NCBI GenBank assembly: GCA_964537125.1
Contig: CAZIBK010000002.1
Coordinates: 1-40,727, forward strand
Reading direction: 5' to 3'
From: an uncultured Oscillospiraceae bacterium
Lineage (GTDB): Bacteria; Bacillota; Clostridia; UMGS1883
Length of the DNA stretch: 40,727 nt
Numbering within the stretch: the first letter of the stretch is position 1; every line of letters starts with the position of its first letter. Under the pieces are notes generated by a model that was not told where the DNA came from, searched no databases, and saw nothing but the letters and a program-made list of their open reading frames with translations. Positions 16,567-25,956 of this stretch are shown in pieces. The translations under genes and the position numbers were made by a program.

Positions 16567-17270
16567 CAGCGTCTGCGCCTCGAATTATTTGCCAAAAATA
16601 CAAACCTTAAGAGCTGCGCGATGCTCGTCGCCGCCGCCGCAACATACGTCATAGCCGCTGCGGAAAGCACCTTTTTCACCATCTTTACCTCGTCGTACTC
16701 CAGATATCCTCCGTCGCCGAGAGTCTTTATCGCTCGTCCCGACGCGTCAAACTCCACGGGCAGTGTCAGTATCTGAAAAAGCACCGCCGCGGAAAAGAAA
16801 ATGATACCGAAATTAACTATAAAATCTCCGAGATACGAAAAGCTCATCAGCAAAAAGCCTATTATAATCAGCGGAATACCGAGCTTTGAGCCGAGGTTTG
16901 CTATCGGCACAAACGCGTTTCTTATCTTTATCGGCACATAGCCTGTCGCGTGCTGCACAGCATGTCCGGCTTCGTGGGCAGCAACGCCCACAGCCGCGAC
17001 CGAGGTGGAATTTCTCACCGAATCCGACAGCCTGATTACGTTTGCCTTCGGGTCGTAATGATCCGTCAGGCTTCCCGATATGGCTTCTATTTTAACGTTA
17101 TAAAGCCCGTTTTGGTCAAGTATCTGCCTTGCCGCCTCGGACGCCGTTAAATTACGGCTCGTCAAAACCTTTGAATACTTTGAAAACCTTGAGCTTACCA
17201 TCCCCTGCGCTATCACGGATAAAATCAGCATCGGAATTACAAGCACCACATAATAATAATCCAAATACAT
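16566..17270 (-). CDS. YugP-like neutral zinc metallopeptidase (Zn_peptidase_2 family)
   Basis: HEAGHAVQH zinc motif, TLPVEFDASGRA and VLSAAAMTYVAAA blocks, and several TM segments, as in B. subtilis YugP. ATG 17270 with a GGGAGGG SD sits immediately after the fmt stop. The ORF-track N-terminal extension is rejected. Confidence 0.85.
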   Translation of the reverse strand: MYLDYYYVVLVIPMLILSVIAQGMVSSRFSKYSKVLTSRNLTASEAARQILDQNGLYNVKIEAISGSLTDHYDPKANVIRLSDSVRNSTSVAAVGVAAHEAGHAVQHATGYVPIKIRNAFVPIANLGSKLGIPLIIIGFLLMSFSYLGDFIVNFGIIFFSAAVLFQILTLPVEFDASGRAIKTLGDGGYLEYDEVKMVKKVLSAAAMTYVAAAATSIAQLLRFVFLANNSRRRR

Positions 17271-17271
17271 T

Positions 17272-18213
17272 TCATTTCCCTCCCAATATAACGCCTTTTT
17301 CGATCTTGTGTCCCGCAAGGTAGTCCTTAACGCTCATACGCTTTTTCCCGTCAAACCTTACGGCGCCTATTTTTATCGCTCCCTTAGCGCAAGCGACTGT
17401 CAGAGCGTCCTTTGAAACATCTGTTATTTCTCCGCTTCTGCCGCTTGCCTCAACCCTTTGACATTCATAGGGTACAAACCGCTTCCCCTCGCAGTAAGTA
17501 TATGCCATCGGCCAGGGATCCATTCCGCGAATAAGGTTGTAAACCTCCTCGGAGGTTTTCGTCCAGTCAATCTCGCCCTCCGCCTTCGTAAGCATACGGG
17601 CGTAGCTCGCTTTTTCATCATCCTGCCTTTCGGAGGAAAAGTCTCCCCTTTCAAAGCGCTCCACAGTTTCGATAAGCACCCTTCCGGAAGCTTCGGCAAG
17701 CTTGTCGTGAAGGGTTCCGGAGGTATCGTCCTCCTCTATTTTTACCTTTTCCGAAAGAATTATATTTCCCGTGTCAAGACCTTTTTCCATGTACATTGCC
17801 GTAACGCCCGTTTCCTTTTTTCCGTCAATTATACAACGCTGTATCGGAGCCGCCCCGCGGTATTCCGGTAAAAGCGACGCGTGGGCGTTCACGCAGCCGA
17901 AGCGCGGCGCGTCAAGCACATATTCGGGAAGTATTTTTCCGTAAGCCGCAACTATGATAAGATCCGGCTCAACACTCTCCAAAAGCCCCTTTAATTCTCC
18001 GTTTTTAATGCTCTCCGGCTGAAATACCGGTATGCCGAACTCCTCCGCGGCGCTTTTAACGGGCGTAGGGCAAAGATTTAATCCTCTGCCCTTCGGCTTG
18101 TCAGGCTGCGACACAACCGCGCGGATATTATATCCGCTGTCAATCAGCGTTCTGAGCGAAACGGCGGCAAAGTCCGGCGTTCCCATAAAAATTATTTTCA
18201 TTGAAGAAGCCAT
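17272..18213 (-). CDS. fmt: methionyl-tRNA formyltransferase
   Basis: N-terminus KIIFMGTPDFA, and NAHASLLPEYRGAAPI motif. The start is either ATG 18213 or ATG 18201. Confidence 0.93.
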   Translation of the reverse strand: MASSMKIIFMGTPDFAAVSLRTLIDSGYNIRAVVSQPDKPKGRGLNLCPTPVKSAAEEFGIPVFQPESIKNGELKGLLESVEPDLIIVAAYGKILPEYVLDAPRFGCVNAHASLLPEYRGAAPIQRCIIDGKKETGVTAMYMEKGLDTGNIILSEKVKIEEDDTSGTLHDKLAEASGRVLIETVERFERGDFSSERQDDEKASYARMLTKAEGEIDWTKTSEEVYNLIRGMDPWPMAYTYCEGKRFVPYECQRVEASGRSGEITDVSKDALTVACAKGAIKIGAVRFDGKKRMSVKDYLAGHKIEKGVILGGK

Positions 18214-18244
18214 GCGACCTCACACCTTTCTCTATCACGCGTTC

Positions 18245-18712
18245 TTAATCCTCGTCCTCTTCCATCCACTCAATAACCTTCGATGTATAAAGCACCCCGT
18301 CAAGGTGATCCGTCTCATGACAGAGGCACTTTGAATAAAGCTTCTCTCCGGTAAACTCAAACTCGTTGCCGTCCTTGTCAAAAGCGCGTACAGTGGTTTT
18401 CATAGGGCGCTCTACCGTTCCCATTTTACCCGGTACGCTGAGGCAGCCTTCAACATCAATATACGACCCCTCCGTGCTTATTATTTCGGGATTTACAAAT
18501 TCCTTCATGCCGCCCTCTTCACCGAGATCCATTACGATTACCCTTCTCAATATTCCGACCTGCGGAGCCGCAAGCCCTAAGCCGTTTGCCTTTGCAAGGG
18601 TATCCTTCATATCCTCTATAAGTATTCCGAGCCTTTCGTCAAACTTGTCCACACGTCTGCAAACCTTTGTAAGACACGGGTCTCCTTCTTTCCTTATCTC
18701 TCTTAATGCCAT
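18245..18712 (-). CDS. def: peptide deformylase
   Basis: All three PDF motifs are present: GLAAPQVG, EGCLS and HETDHLDG. Confidence 0.95.
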   Translation of the reverse strand: MALREIRKEGDPCLTKVCRRVDKFDERLGILIEDMKDTLAKANGLGLAAPQVGILRRVIVMDLGEEGGMKEFVNPEIISTEGSYIDVEGCLSVPGKMGTVERPMKTTVRAFDKDGNEFEFTGEKLYSKCLCHETDHLDGVLYTSKVIEWMEEDED

Positions 18713-18729
18713 TGTAAAATTCTTCCTTT

Positions 18730-21162
18730 CTAATTCATACCGTAAGGGTCAACATCGATTGATACCGTCACTCCCGCGCTTCGCTTTTTTTCAAGGAGGC
18801 TGCGGAATATATCAAAAAATTCGCTTACGTCGCCGCACTTAAACCATATCCTTTTCCGATAACGGTTCTGTATCCTCTTTATGGGAGCATCGCAGGGTCC
18901 GTACAGCCTGACGTCTCCCCTTCTGCATGGCGGCGACGCTTTAAGATACGACTCGCACACATACGCGCTTTTTTCCGCCGCGTCCTCATTTTCCGAGGAT
19001 ATAATTATATTTACTATATGCTCAAAGGGAGGATAGGCAAATACCCTCCGAAACTCAATTTCTTCCTTGTAAAACGTATTGTAATCCTGCGCCGCCGCAA
19101 GGCGAAGAACTCTGTTTTCAGGCGAATAGGTCTGTATAACGGCTCTGCCCTCCTTGTCGCCGCGCCCTGCGCGTCCGCACACCTGTGTTATCAGCGCGAA
19201 GGTTCTTTCCTGTGCTCTGAAATCGTCCGAATACAGCGACGAATCCGCCGCCAACGCGCCCACAAGGGTCACGCGCGGAAAGTCTAACCCCTTTGACACC
19301 ATCTGCGTTCCCAAAAGGATGTCGGAATCGTTGTTTTCAAATTCGCTCAGTATCTTTTCGTGTCCGTTTTTGCCGCCCGTCGTGTCAAGATCCATCCGAA
19401 CTATCTTTGCGTCGGGAAAAATCTCCTGTATCTGCCGCTCTGCCTTCTGTGTTCCCGTGCCGAAATCTCTTATCTTATCGCTTCCGCAGGAGGGACAAAG
19501 CCTGTCGCGCTTCTGCCGATGACCGCAGATATGGCAATTCAATGTATCGTTTGACGAATGATACGTCAGCGATATGCTGCAGTTGGGACACATATACACA
19601 AATCCGCAGGAGCGGCACGACACAAAGGTTGAAAAGCCGCGCCTGTTGAGAAAAAGTATCGTCTGCTCTCCGTTTTTCATATTGCGGTACATACTCCGCG
19701 CCAGACTGCGGCTCAATACGGTTCTGTTGCCGTTCTCAAGCTCCTTTCTCATATCCGCTATTTCAACGCGCGGCAGAGGATTTTTGTTATACCTCTCCTT
19801 CAGCTCTATAAGTGTATATTCTCCCTTTTCAGCCTTATAGTAGCTCTCCACGCTCGGCGTTGCCGAGGCAAGCACCAACGGGCAGGAAAACGCCTCGCAC
19901 CGCATTGCGGCAATATCTGCCGCGCGGTACTTCGGCACCGTTTCGGACTTATAGGAATACTCATGCTCCTCGTCAATAATTATAACTCCTATGTCGCCGC
20001 AGGGCGCAAATACCGCGCTTCTCGCCCCTACCACAACCTTTGCCTCGCCGCTTTTTATCCTTTTATATTCGTCAAACCGCTCTCCGAGGGAAAGAGCGCT
20101 GTGCATGACTGCCACGCTGTCGCCGAAGCGGCTGTAAAACCGATCCGTTATCTGCGGCGTCAGGGATATTTCAGGCACAAGGATTATCGCCTGCTTCCCC
20201 TTCTTTATCACATGGTCAACTATCTGTAAGTAAACCTCCGTCTTTCCGCTTCCCGTAACGCCGTGTATAAGAAACGTTCCCTTTTCGGCGGAAATAACGG
20301 TGTCTATCGCATTTTTTTGTTCCTCTGTCGGCGTGAAGGGCTTTGACCTTTCCTTCGGAGCTTCCTTCGCTCTTCTGAATACTCTCACGTCTTCAAACGC
20401 CACCGCGCCCTGAATATTTAAGGCTTCCAGGCTGTTGCGGGAGCATTTGCAGGCGGACAGTATGTCGGGAACCGTGTACTTTCCGCCGTCCGAGAGAAAT
20501 TCCACAATCCTTGCCTGAGCCGGGCTTCGCCTTCTGATGGAGTCAGCCATCACATGAGGCTCCTCCTCCGAGGCGTAGAAGCAAACCCGAACTATCTTTT
20601 CGGACACCCGCCTTAATGCCTTCTGCGTCACTTCGACTATGCCTTTTTTTTTCAAAGCGTTCACGATTTTTCTGGCATTTGCCCCCATTTCGGCGCGCAG
20701 AGCGCTCATTTCAAGCATTCCTCCGCTGTTTTTCAGCATGAGCCAAAGCTTTTCCTGCAACGCGCTTCTGGCAACCGCCGCCTTTGCTTCCTCGTCGGAA
20801 AGCTTCTCCGTCAGCGAAACCCATTCCTCATTTTTCTGCTCGCTGCCTGCGGGAAGAAGAAGGCGCGCCGCATCGTAAAAGGTGCAAAAGTAATCATGAC
20901 TCATCCTGAAGGCAAGCTCAATGTCGCGCTTTGTCAAGGACGGCATCGCGTCTGTGACGCTTTTTATATCCTTCAGCTCATCGAAGTCGCTCGTCTCTGT
21001 GAGATTTGTTATAATCCCCTCCGTAAGCCTGTTTGCCGCGCCGAACGGCACCTTTACCCTTACGCCCGCGACAGCGTCGCCCGTGAGCTTCTTCGGTATA
21101 TTGTAATGAAACGGCCTGTCGAGGCTTAAAACCGAAGTATTTATATAAACCTCAGCAAACAT
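18730..21162 (-). CDS. priA: primosomal protein N' / replication restart helicase
   Basis: Helicase motifs GVTGSGKTEVY and DEEHE. Cys-rich Zn-binding insertion CRSCG...CPNCS...CHICG...CPSCG. Confidence 0.93.
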   Translation of the reverse strand: MFAEVYINTSVLSLDRPFHYNIPKKLTGDAVAGVRVKVPFGAANRLTEGIITNLTETSDFDELKDIKSVTDAMPSLTKRDIELAFRMSHDYFCTFYDAARLLLPAGSEQKNEEWVSLTEKLSDEEAKAAVARSALQEKLWLMLKNSGGMLEMSALRAEMGANARKIVNALKKKGIVEVTQKALRRVSEKIVRVCFYASEEEPHVMADSIRRRSPAQARIVEFLSDGGKYTVPDILSACKCSRNSLEALNIQGAVAFEDVRVFRRAKEAPKERSKPFTPTEEQKNAIDTVISAEKGTFLIHGVTGSGKTEVYLQIVDHVIKKGKQAIILVPEISLTPQITDRFYSRFGDSVAVMHSALSLGERFDEYKRIKSGEAKVVVGARSAVFAPCGDIGVIIIDEEHEYSYKSETVPKYRAADIAAMRCEAFSCPLVLASATPSVESYYKAEKGEYTLIELKERYNKNPLPRVEIADMRKELENGNRTVLSRSLARSMYRNMKNGEQTILFLNRRGFSTFVSCRSCGFVYMCPNCSISLTYHSSNDTLNCHICGHRQKRDRLCPSCGSDKIRDFGTGTQKAERQIQEIFPDAKIVRMDLDTTGGKNGHEKILSEFENNDSDILLGTQMVSKGLDFPRVTLVGALAADSSLYSDDFRAQERTFALITQVCGRAGRGDKEGRAVIQTYSPENRVLRLAAAQDYNTFYKEEIEFRRVFAYPPFEHIVNIIISSENEDAAEKSAYVCESYLKASPPCRRGDVRLYGPCDAPIKRIQNRYRKRIWFKCGDVSEFFDIFRSLLEKKRSAGVTVSIDVDPYGMN

Positions 21163-21174
21163 CCTTCACCCTTC

Positions 21175-22659
21175 TTACTTTGTTATTACAACCTCTCTTG
21201 CATCGTTGTCCCAGTCCGCGCTCATGCCAAGCGCCTCAACGATGGCTCTTACCGGAACATATACGGTTCCGTCAACATTTTTCGGCGAAACATAAGCGCC
21301 GTTCGCATCTGTCGGAACTATAACGTTCCCGTCAACGAATACTCTTATATCACGGTAAATTCTATAATCGAGCTTTTCCAAGCTCTCGTTAAAAGCTTTT
21401 TCCAATTCAGCGTCATCTATATCCGCGTTTCCGACTGCGGAATAAATAACAAGTATTTTCCTGATAATCTCATAATCGCTTTCGGAGATATCACCGTCCG
21501 CGGTCTGAATAAATTCTTCATACGGAAGAACATTTTCCTCTGCCGCGGCAAGCTCCAACTCGCTTATAAGCCCGTTTTGGACACACGCGTTGTACATGGT
21601 CTGCCAGCTCACAAGATAATTAAACGCCTCCCTATTGCGGTTTTCGTCTCCGGATATAAGCATCAGCACATCATTCGATATCTTCACGCCGTCTATCTCG
21701 CCGTAATATTCGCCGCTTGGGGTAACCTTTGTCACCGCTCTTTCCTCGGGAAGCATTTCTCCGATCCTTGCGGCGGCAAATGCGTCCATTGACACTCCCT
21801 CCCTATCAAGAGGAAGCCTTTCTATTATATGATACCCGAACTGCGACTTAACCGGCTCCGTTGTATAAGCCCCTTCCTCCAACGCAAAGGCAGACTTTTC
21901 AAATTCCTCCGCCATTTCTCCGTAGGTAAATGTATAGCTCGAATCCTTCGTCTGCCCGGGGTCGGTGTTGTACTCAACTATAAGCTCGTCAAAGCTCCTG
22001 CCCTCCGCAATCTTTGCCAACACCTCGTTTGCCTCATCCTCGGTCTCAACTAAAATATGCTTTACTGTAACATAATCTTCATAGTAGCTTTCGTCAGGCT
22101 CTCCCACGTTATATCCTTCCAGAAGCATCATGCACGCTTCCAGATAATACATTCTGTCAAGCGTACCCAAAGGATATGACGCTAAAATTACGCCTTCGCT
22201 CACGCCGTTTTGCATCCAGTCCTCGGTATCCGCCCTTACCTCCTCCGCCGCAAGAGCTATATCCTCCTCGGAAAAAAGGCTCTCCGCAAGACGGATATAT
22301 CTGTCTATCTGCACATAAGTATCCGTATCAAAGCCCTTTGAGGTGTCGCTTTCATAAAAAATTCTGTCGCCCACCTTAAGAGAGGGTGTTTCGCCTATAG
22401 CTTCCTTTGAGGGTGCAGCGCCTATGTACACGGCGTTATTTTCCGCGTCATAGGAAACCTCCTTTTCCACAGCCTCTGAAATCGCTCTCACAGGCAAAAA
22501 CGCGGAGCCGTTGTCTATAAAGGGCTCAACCTCCTGCCCGAGAGCGTTTTTCGGAATAAAAGCTTCTCCGTTTATCGATATGGAAATATCGGCAGCCGAC
22601 GCCGTAACAGCGCCCGATATAAGCATTGCTGCCGCTAAAACCGCAATAAATCTTTTCAT
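21175..22659 (-). CDS. secreted parvulin-type peptidyl-prolyl isomerase flanked by two copper-amine-oxidase-N-terminal-like (stalk) domains
   Basis: Signal peptide MKRFIAVLAAAMLISGAVTASA-AD. PpiC block VKHILVETEDEANEVLAKIAEGRSFDELIVEY...VKSQFGYHIIERL, close to B. subtilis PrsA. N-terminal (INGEAFIP...NGSAFLPVRAISEAV) and C-terminal (VDGNVIVP...DGTVYVPVRAIVEALGMSADWD) CuAO_N1-like repeats. ATGA overlap with the coaBC stop. Confidence 0.8.
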   Translation of the reverse strand: MKRFIAVLAAAMLISGAVTASAADISISINGEAFIPKNALGQEVEPFIDNGSAFLPVRAISEAVEKEVSYDAENNAVYIGAAPSKEAIGETPSLKVGDRIFYESDTSKGFDTDTYVQIDRYIRLAESLFSEEDIALAAEEVRADTEDWMQNGVSEGVILASYPLGTLDRMYYLEACMMLLEGYNVGEPDESYYEDYVTVKHILVETEDEANEVLAKIAEGRSFDELIVEYNTDPGQTKDSSYTFTYGEMAEEFEKSAFALEEGAYTTEPVKSQFGYHIIERLPLDREGVSMDAFAAARIGEMLPEERAVTKVTPSGEYYGEIDGVKISNDVLMLISGDENRNREAFNYLVSWQTMYNACVQNGLISELELAAAEENVLPYEEFIQTADGDISESDYEIIRKILVIYSAVGNADIDDAELEKAFNESLEKLDYRIYRDIRVFVDGNVIVPTDANGAYVSPKNVDGTVYVPVRAIVEALGMSADWDNDAREVVITK

Positions 22660-23864
22660 ATATTTTTTCCTTTCTTATCCAAATCCGCACACTTATCCAA
22701 AATTTTCGCCGCAAGAGCTTCCTTTGTATCAATCGGAAGGAGCGTTTCCTCTCCGCCTTTTTCGATAAGTGTTATTATGTTCGTATCCGTTCCGAAGCCC
22801 GCGCCCTCTTCCGTAAGGCTGTTTGCGCATATCATGTCAAGGTTTTTGGCAGCAAGCTTTTTTCTCGCGCTTTCGAGGAGGTTTTCGGTTTCCATGCAGA
22901 ATCCCACAAGAATCTGGTGCGTCTTTCTTTTCCCAAGCTCGGCTAAAATATCGTCCGTTTTTTCAAGCTTTATTTCAAGCGCCGCGCCGTCCTTCTTTAT
23001 CTTGCCCTCCTGCTCCTTTACCGGTCTGAAATCCGCCACGGCAGCCGCCTTTATCACAATGTCGCTTTCGTCAAAGCGGCTTAAAACCGCGTCATACATA
23101 TCCTTTGCGCTGACAACGTCTATAACCTCCGCGCCCTCAGGCTTTCTGAGGCTTGTCTGCCCCGAAACAAGAGTTACGTCCGCGCCCTTTGCCCGTGCAA
23201 TCCGCGCAAGGGCATAGCCCATCTTCCCCGTTGAACGGTTTGTCAGATAGCGCACAGGGTCGACAGCCTCCCTTGTCGCGCCTGCCGTTACAAGCACCCT
23301 TTTGCCGAGAAGGTTTTTCTCAAAAGCAATTTCCTCAACAACGCGCTCAACGATTACCTCGGGCTGCGGAAGCTTGCCTATGCCGTCCTCTCCGCAGGCA
23401 AGATGTCCGCTGTCAGGCTCAATTACAACAAAACCCCTGCCGATGAGCTTCTGCAGATTTTCCTGCACGATAGGGTTTTCGTACATATGGCAGTTCATAG
23501 CGGGGGATATTATTATTTTTTTATTGCTCGCCGCAAGCAGAGTTGTAGAAAGCATATCATCGGCTATGCCGTATGCCGCCTTGGCGATAAAATCGGCGGT
23601 GGCGGGCGCAATGAGAAGCGCATCGGCTTTCTGTGCGAGCTCAATATGGGCAACTCCCCTGTCTCTTTCATCAAAAACATCGGTATACACACGATTGTTG
23701 ACTATTGCCCTAAAGGTTTCGGGCGCAACAAATTTACATGCGTTTTCAGTCATTATAACTGTAACGAGCGCATGCTGCTTTATAAGGCGGCCGGCAATAT
23801 CCGCCGCCTTATACGCCGCAATTCCTCCCGTGACGCCCAACACTATATTTTTCCCCTTCAGCAT
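22656..23864 (-). CDS. coaBC: bifunctional phosphopantothenoylcysteine decarboxylase / phosphopantothenate-cysteine ligase
   Basis: N-terminal flavoprotein domain (GVTGGIAAYKA, PAMN) and C-terminal CoaB domain (VTAGATREAVDPVRYLTNRSTGKMG). Confidence 0.93.
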   Translation of the reverse strand: MLKGKNIVLGVTGGIAAYKAADIAGRLIKQHALVTVIMTENACKFVAPETFRAIVNNRVYTDVFDERDRGVAHIELAQKADALLIAPATADFIAKAAYGIADDMLSTTLLAASNKKIIISPAMNCHMYENPIVQENLQKLIGRGFVVIEPDSGHLACGEDGIGKLPQPEVIVERVVEEIAFEKNLLGKRVLVTAGATREAVDPVRYLTNRSTGKMGYALARIARAKGADVTLVSGQTSLRKPEGAEVIDVVSAKDMYDAVLSRFDESDIVIKAAAVADFRPVKEQEGKIKKDGAALEIKLEKTDDILAELGKRKTHQILVGFCMETENLLESARKKLAAKNLDMICANSLTEEGAGFGTDTNIITLIEKGGEETLLPIDTKEALAAKILDKCADLDKKGKNI

Positions 23865-23917
23865 GGGAACTCACTCCTTTTGACAACCAAATCCCGCAAA
23901 TTTTAAGGAAGCGGCGA

Positions 23918-24106
23918 TCAGCTCTCGAAACTTCTCTTTATTCTTACCCGACCTTCGGCTATCTCGGCTATCGCTTCGGAAACGTGCTTGTCGGTAAGGC
24001 TGCTTCCGGAATCCGCAAGCTGCCTTGCTCTCTTTGCCGTAACTATAACCAGCGAATAACGCGAGGGCATACCCTCCATAAGCTTGGATATTTCAGGATA
24101 TAACAC
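23918..24106 (-). CDS. rpoZ: DNA-directed RNA polymerase subunit omega
   Basis: [30 protein letters not shown] aligns with B. subtilis RpoZ ([30 protein letters not shown], as recalled). GTG start has AAGGAG upstream and overlaps the gmk 3' end by 14 nt. Confidence 0.9.
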   Translation of the reverse strand: MLYPEISKLMEGMPSRYSLVIVTAKRARQLADSGSSLTDKHVSEAIAEIAEGRVRIKRSFES

Positions 24107-24713
24107 TGTCCAACACTCCTTTAATAAATTCTTTATTATTTACGGCTCTGCACTTCTCGGCGTCAATAATCGCCTTTATTTCGGCAGCCGCTCTTTGAAC
24201 CTCGTCATTCACAACAACGTAATCATATTCTCCCGCCTGCTCAAATTCACTCGTTGCGGCGGATAGCCTTTTCTTTATTATTTCCATACTCTCCGTTCCG
24301 CGGCCTATAAGCCTTTGCCTGAGCTCTTCAAAGGACGGGGGCATGATGAACACCAAAACCGCCTCGGGAAAGTTTCTGCGCACCTGCAGCGCGCCCTGAA
24401 CGTCTATTTCAAGTATAACGTCATTGCCCGAAGCAAGATGCTCCTCCACCGGCTCTCTGGGAGTACCGTAATAATTACCGCAGAAGTCCGCGTATTCGAG
24501 AAAGCCGCGCTCCTTTATCTTTTTCTCAAATTCTTCCCTCGTCAGGTAGTAATAATTCACGCCGTAGCGTTCGCCTTCTCTCGGGTCGCGGGTAGTTGCC
24601 GAAACGGAAACGTACACATTGCTGTTTTTATCCGTATACTCCTTCAGTACCGTTCCCTTGCCGCAGCCCGAGGGTCCGGAAATGACAAGCAGCGTTCCGC
24701 GTCTTCTCCTCAT
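24093..24713 (-). CDS. gmk: guanylate kinase
   Basis: P-loop GPSGCGKGT, and [11 protein letters not shown] and YYGT motifs. ATGA overlap with the remA stop. Confidence 0.95.
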   Translation of the reverse strand: MRRRRGTLLVISGPSGCGKGTVLKEYTDKNSNVYVSVSATTRDPREGERYGVNYYYLTREEFEKKIKERGFLEYADFCGNYYGTPREPVEEHLASGNDVILEIDVQGALQVRRNFPEAVLVFIMPPSFEELRQRLIGRGTESMEIIKKRLSAATSEFEQAGEYDYVVVNDEVQRAAAEIKAIIDAEKCRAVNNKEFIKGVLDSVIS

Positions 24714-24985
24714 TCGCGATCCATCCTTTCTTCATCGGCAGGCTTCTTTTCCTCGCTTTCGTTTCTCTCGCACACCGTTTCGGGTACAAGAGCCGAAAGT
24801 ATCACATGCCCCGAATCGGCAATGATAACGCTGCGGGTTTTTCTGCCGTATGTGGCGTCTATCAGCATACCCTTGTCCTGCGCATCGTGAACAAGTCTTT
24901 TTACGGGCGCCGATTCAGGCCCCACAACGCTGACTATCCTCAGATCCGACACCATATTTCCAAAACCTATGTTAATAAGCTTCAT
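24710..24985 (-). CDS. remA: RemA-family (DUF370) regulator
   Basis: [13 protein letters not shown]...[10 protein letters not shown]...[17 protein letters not shown]...HVILSA matches B. subtilis RemA. ATG 24985 gives 91 aa. The Cys/Arg-rich 23-aa ORF-track extension is rejected. Confidence 0.9.
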   Translation of the reverse strand: MKLINIGFGNMVSDLRIVSVVGPESAPVKRLVHDAQDKGMLIDATYGRKTRSVIIADSGHVILSALVPETVCERNESEEKKPADEERMDRE

Positions 24986-25080
24986 AACAATCACCCATTC
25001 CGCCGCCCTGCATCGGCACAAGCAGTAATTAAATCTCCCCGAAGGTCGGCGCAAAAGCTCCTTTCGCTTCAGCTCACCGC

Positions 25081-25956
25081 TTATTCGATATTTTGCACCT
25101 GCTCGCGCAGCTTCTCAAGCTCAGCCTTTACGTCAATTACGTTTCGAGTTACGGATAAATCGTTGCACTTTGAACCTATTGTGTTTATTTCACGGTTCAT
25201 TTCCTGTATGAGGAAATCCATCTTGCGCCCTACGGGCTCATTTGCCTCAAACATCACTCTCATCTGCGCTATATGGCTCTTAAGGCGGGTTATCTCTTCA
25301 TTGACATTTACCTTGTCTGAAAAGAGCGCCGCTTCTGTGAGAAGCCTTGACTCATCGTAAGGCACGCTTCCCATTATCTCCTTCATGCGGCTCTCTATCC
25401 TCGCTCTGTAAGCGGTGACGATTTCAGGCGTATGCTCTTCGATAATATTCACAATTTTCTCTGTCTCGCAAAGATGCTCCTCCAAGTCAAGGCGCAGTGA
25501 AGCGCCCTCTCTTTCGCGCATGGCGGCATAGTCTGCTCCCGCCCTGTCAAGCACCGAGAGCGCGACATCCGTAATTTCCTCCGCGTCATCCTCGGCGGCA
25601 GTGAGGGTAATCACATCGGGAAGCCTTGACAGCATAAAAGCGTTTACATCGCCGCCCGTTCCCGTTTCCTCCGATATCTTTCTTATTGCGTCAAGGTACG
25701 CCTTCGCAAGGAGGGTATTTACCTCAACGCCCTTTGTCTCGTCAAGGGCGCTGTCAATATTCAAGAAAACATCAATCTTTCCTCTTGACGCAAATTTTCC
25801 GACAGCTTTCTTAAGCGGCTCCTCGAGGAAGGAGTAAAGGCGCGGAACCTTAACGGATACATCGCTGTAACGGCTGTTTACCGACTTTATCTCCGCGCTT
25901 ACGCGCTTGCCGCGATAAACATCTTCCGCCGCACCGTACCCCGTCATGCTTTTCAT
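25081..25956 (-). CDS. yicC: YicC/YloC-family protein (endoribonuclease YicC)
   Basis: N-terminal MKSMTGYG, internal SVNSRY, and C-terminal [12 protein letters not shown] and LREQVQNIE blocks characteristic of the family. ATGA overlap with the ftsH stop. Confidence 0.9.
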   Translation of the reverse strand: MKSMTGYGAAEDVYRGKRVSAEIKSVNSRYSDVSVKVPRLYSFLEEPLKKAVGKFASRGKIDVFLNIDSALDETKGVEVNTLLAKAYLDAIRKISEETGTGGDVNAFMLSRLPDVITLTAAEDDAEEITDVALSVLDRAGADYAAMREREGASLRLDLEEHLCETEKIVNIIEEHTPEIVTAYRARIESRMKEIMGSVPYDESRLLTEAALFSDKVNVNEEITRLKSHIAQMRVMFEANEPVGRKMDFLIQEMNREINTIGSKCNDLSVTRNVIDVKAELEKLREQVQNIE

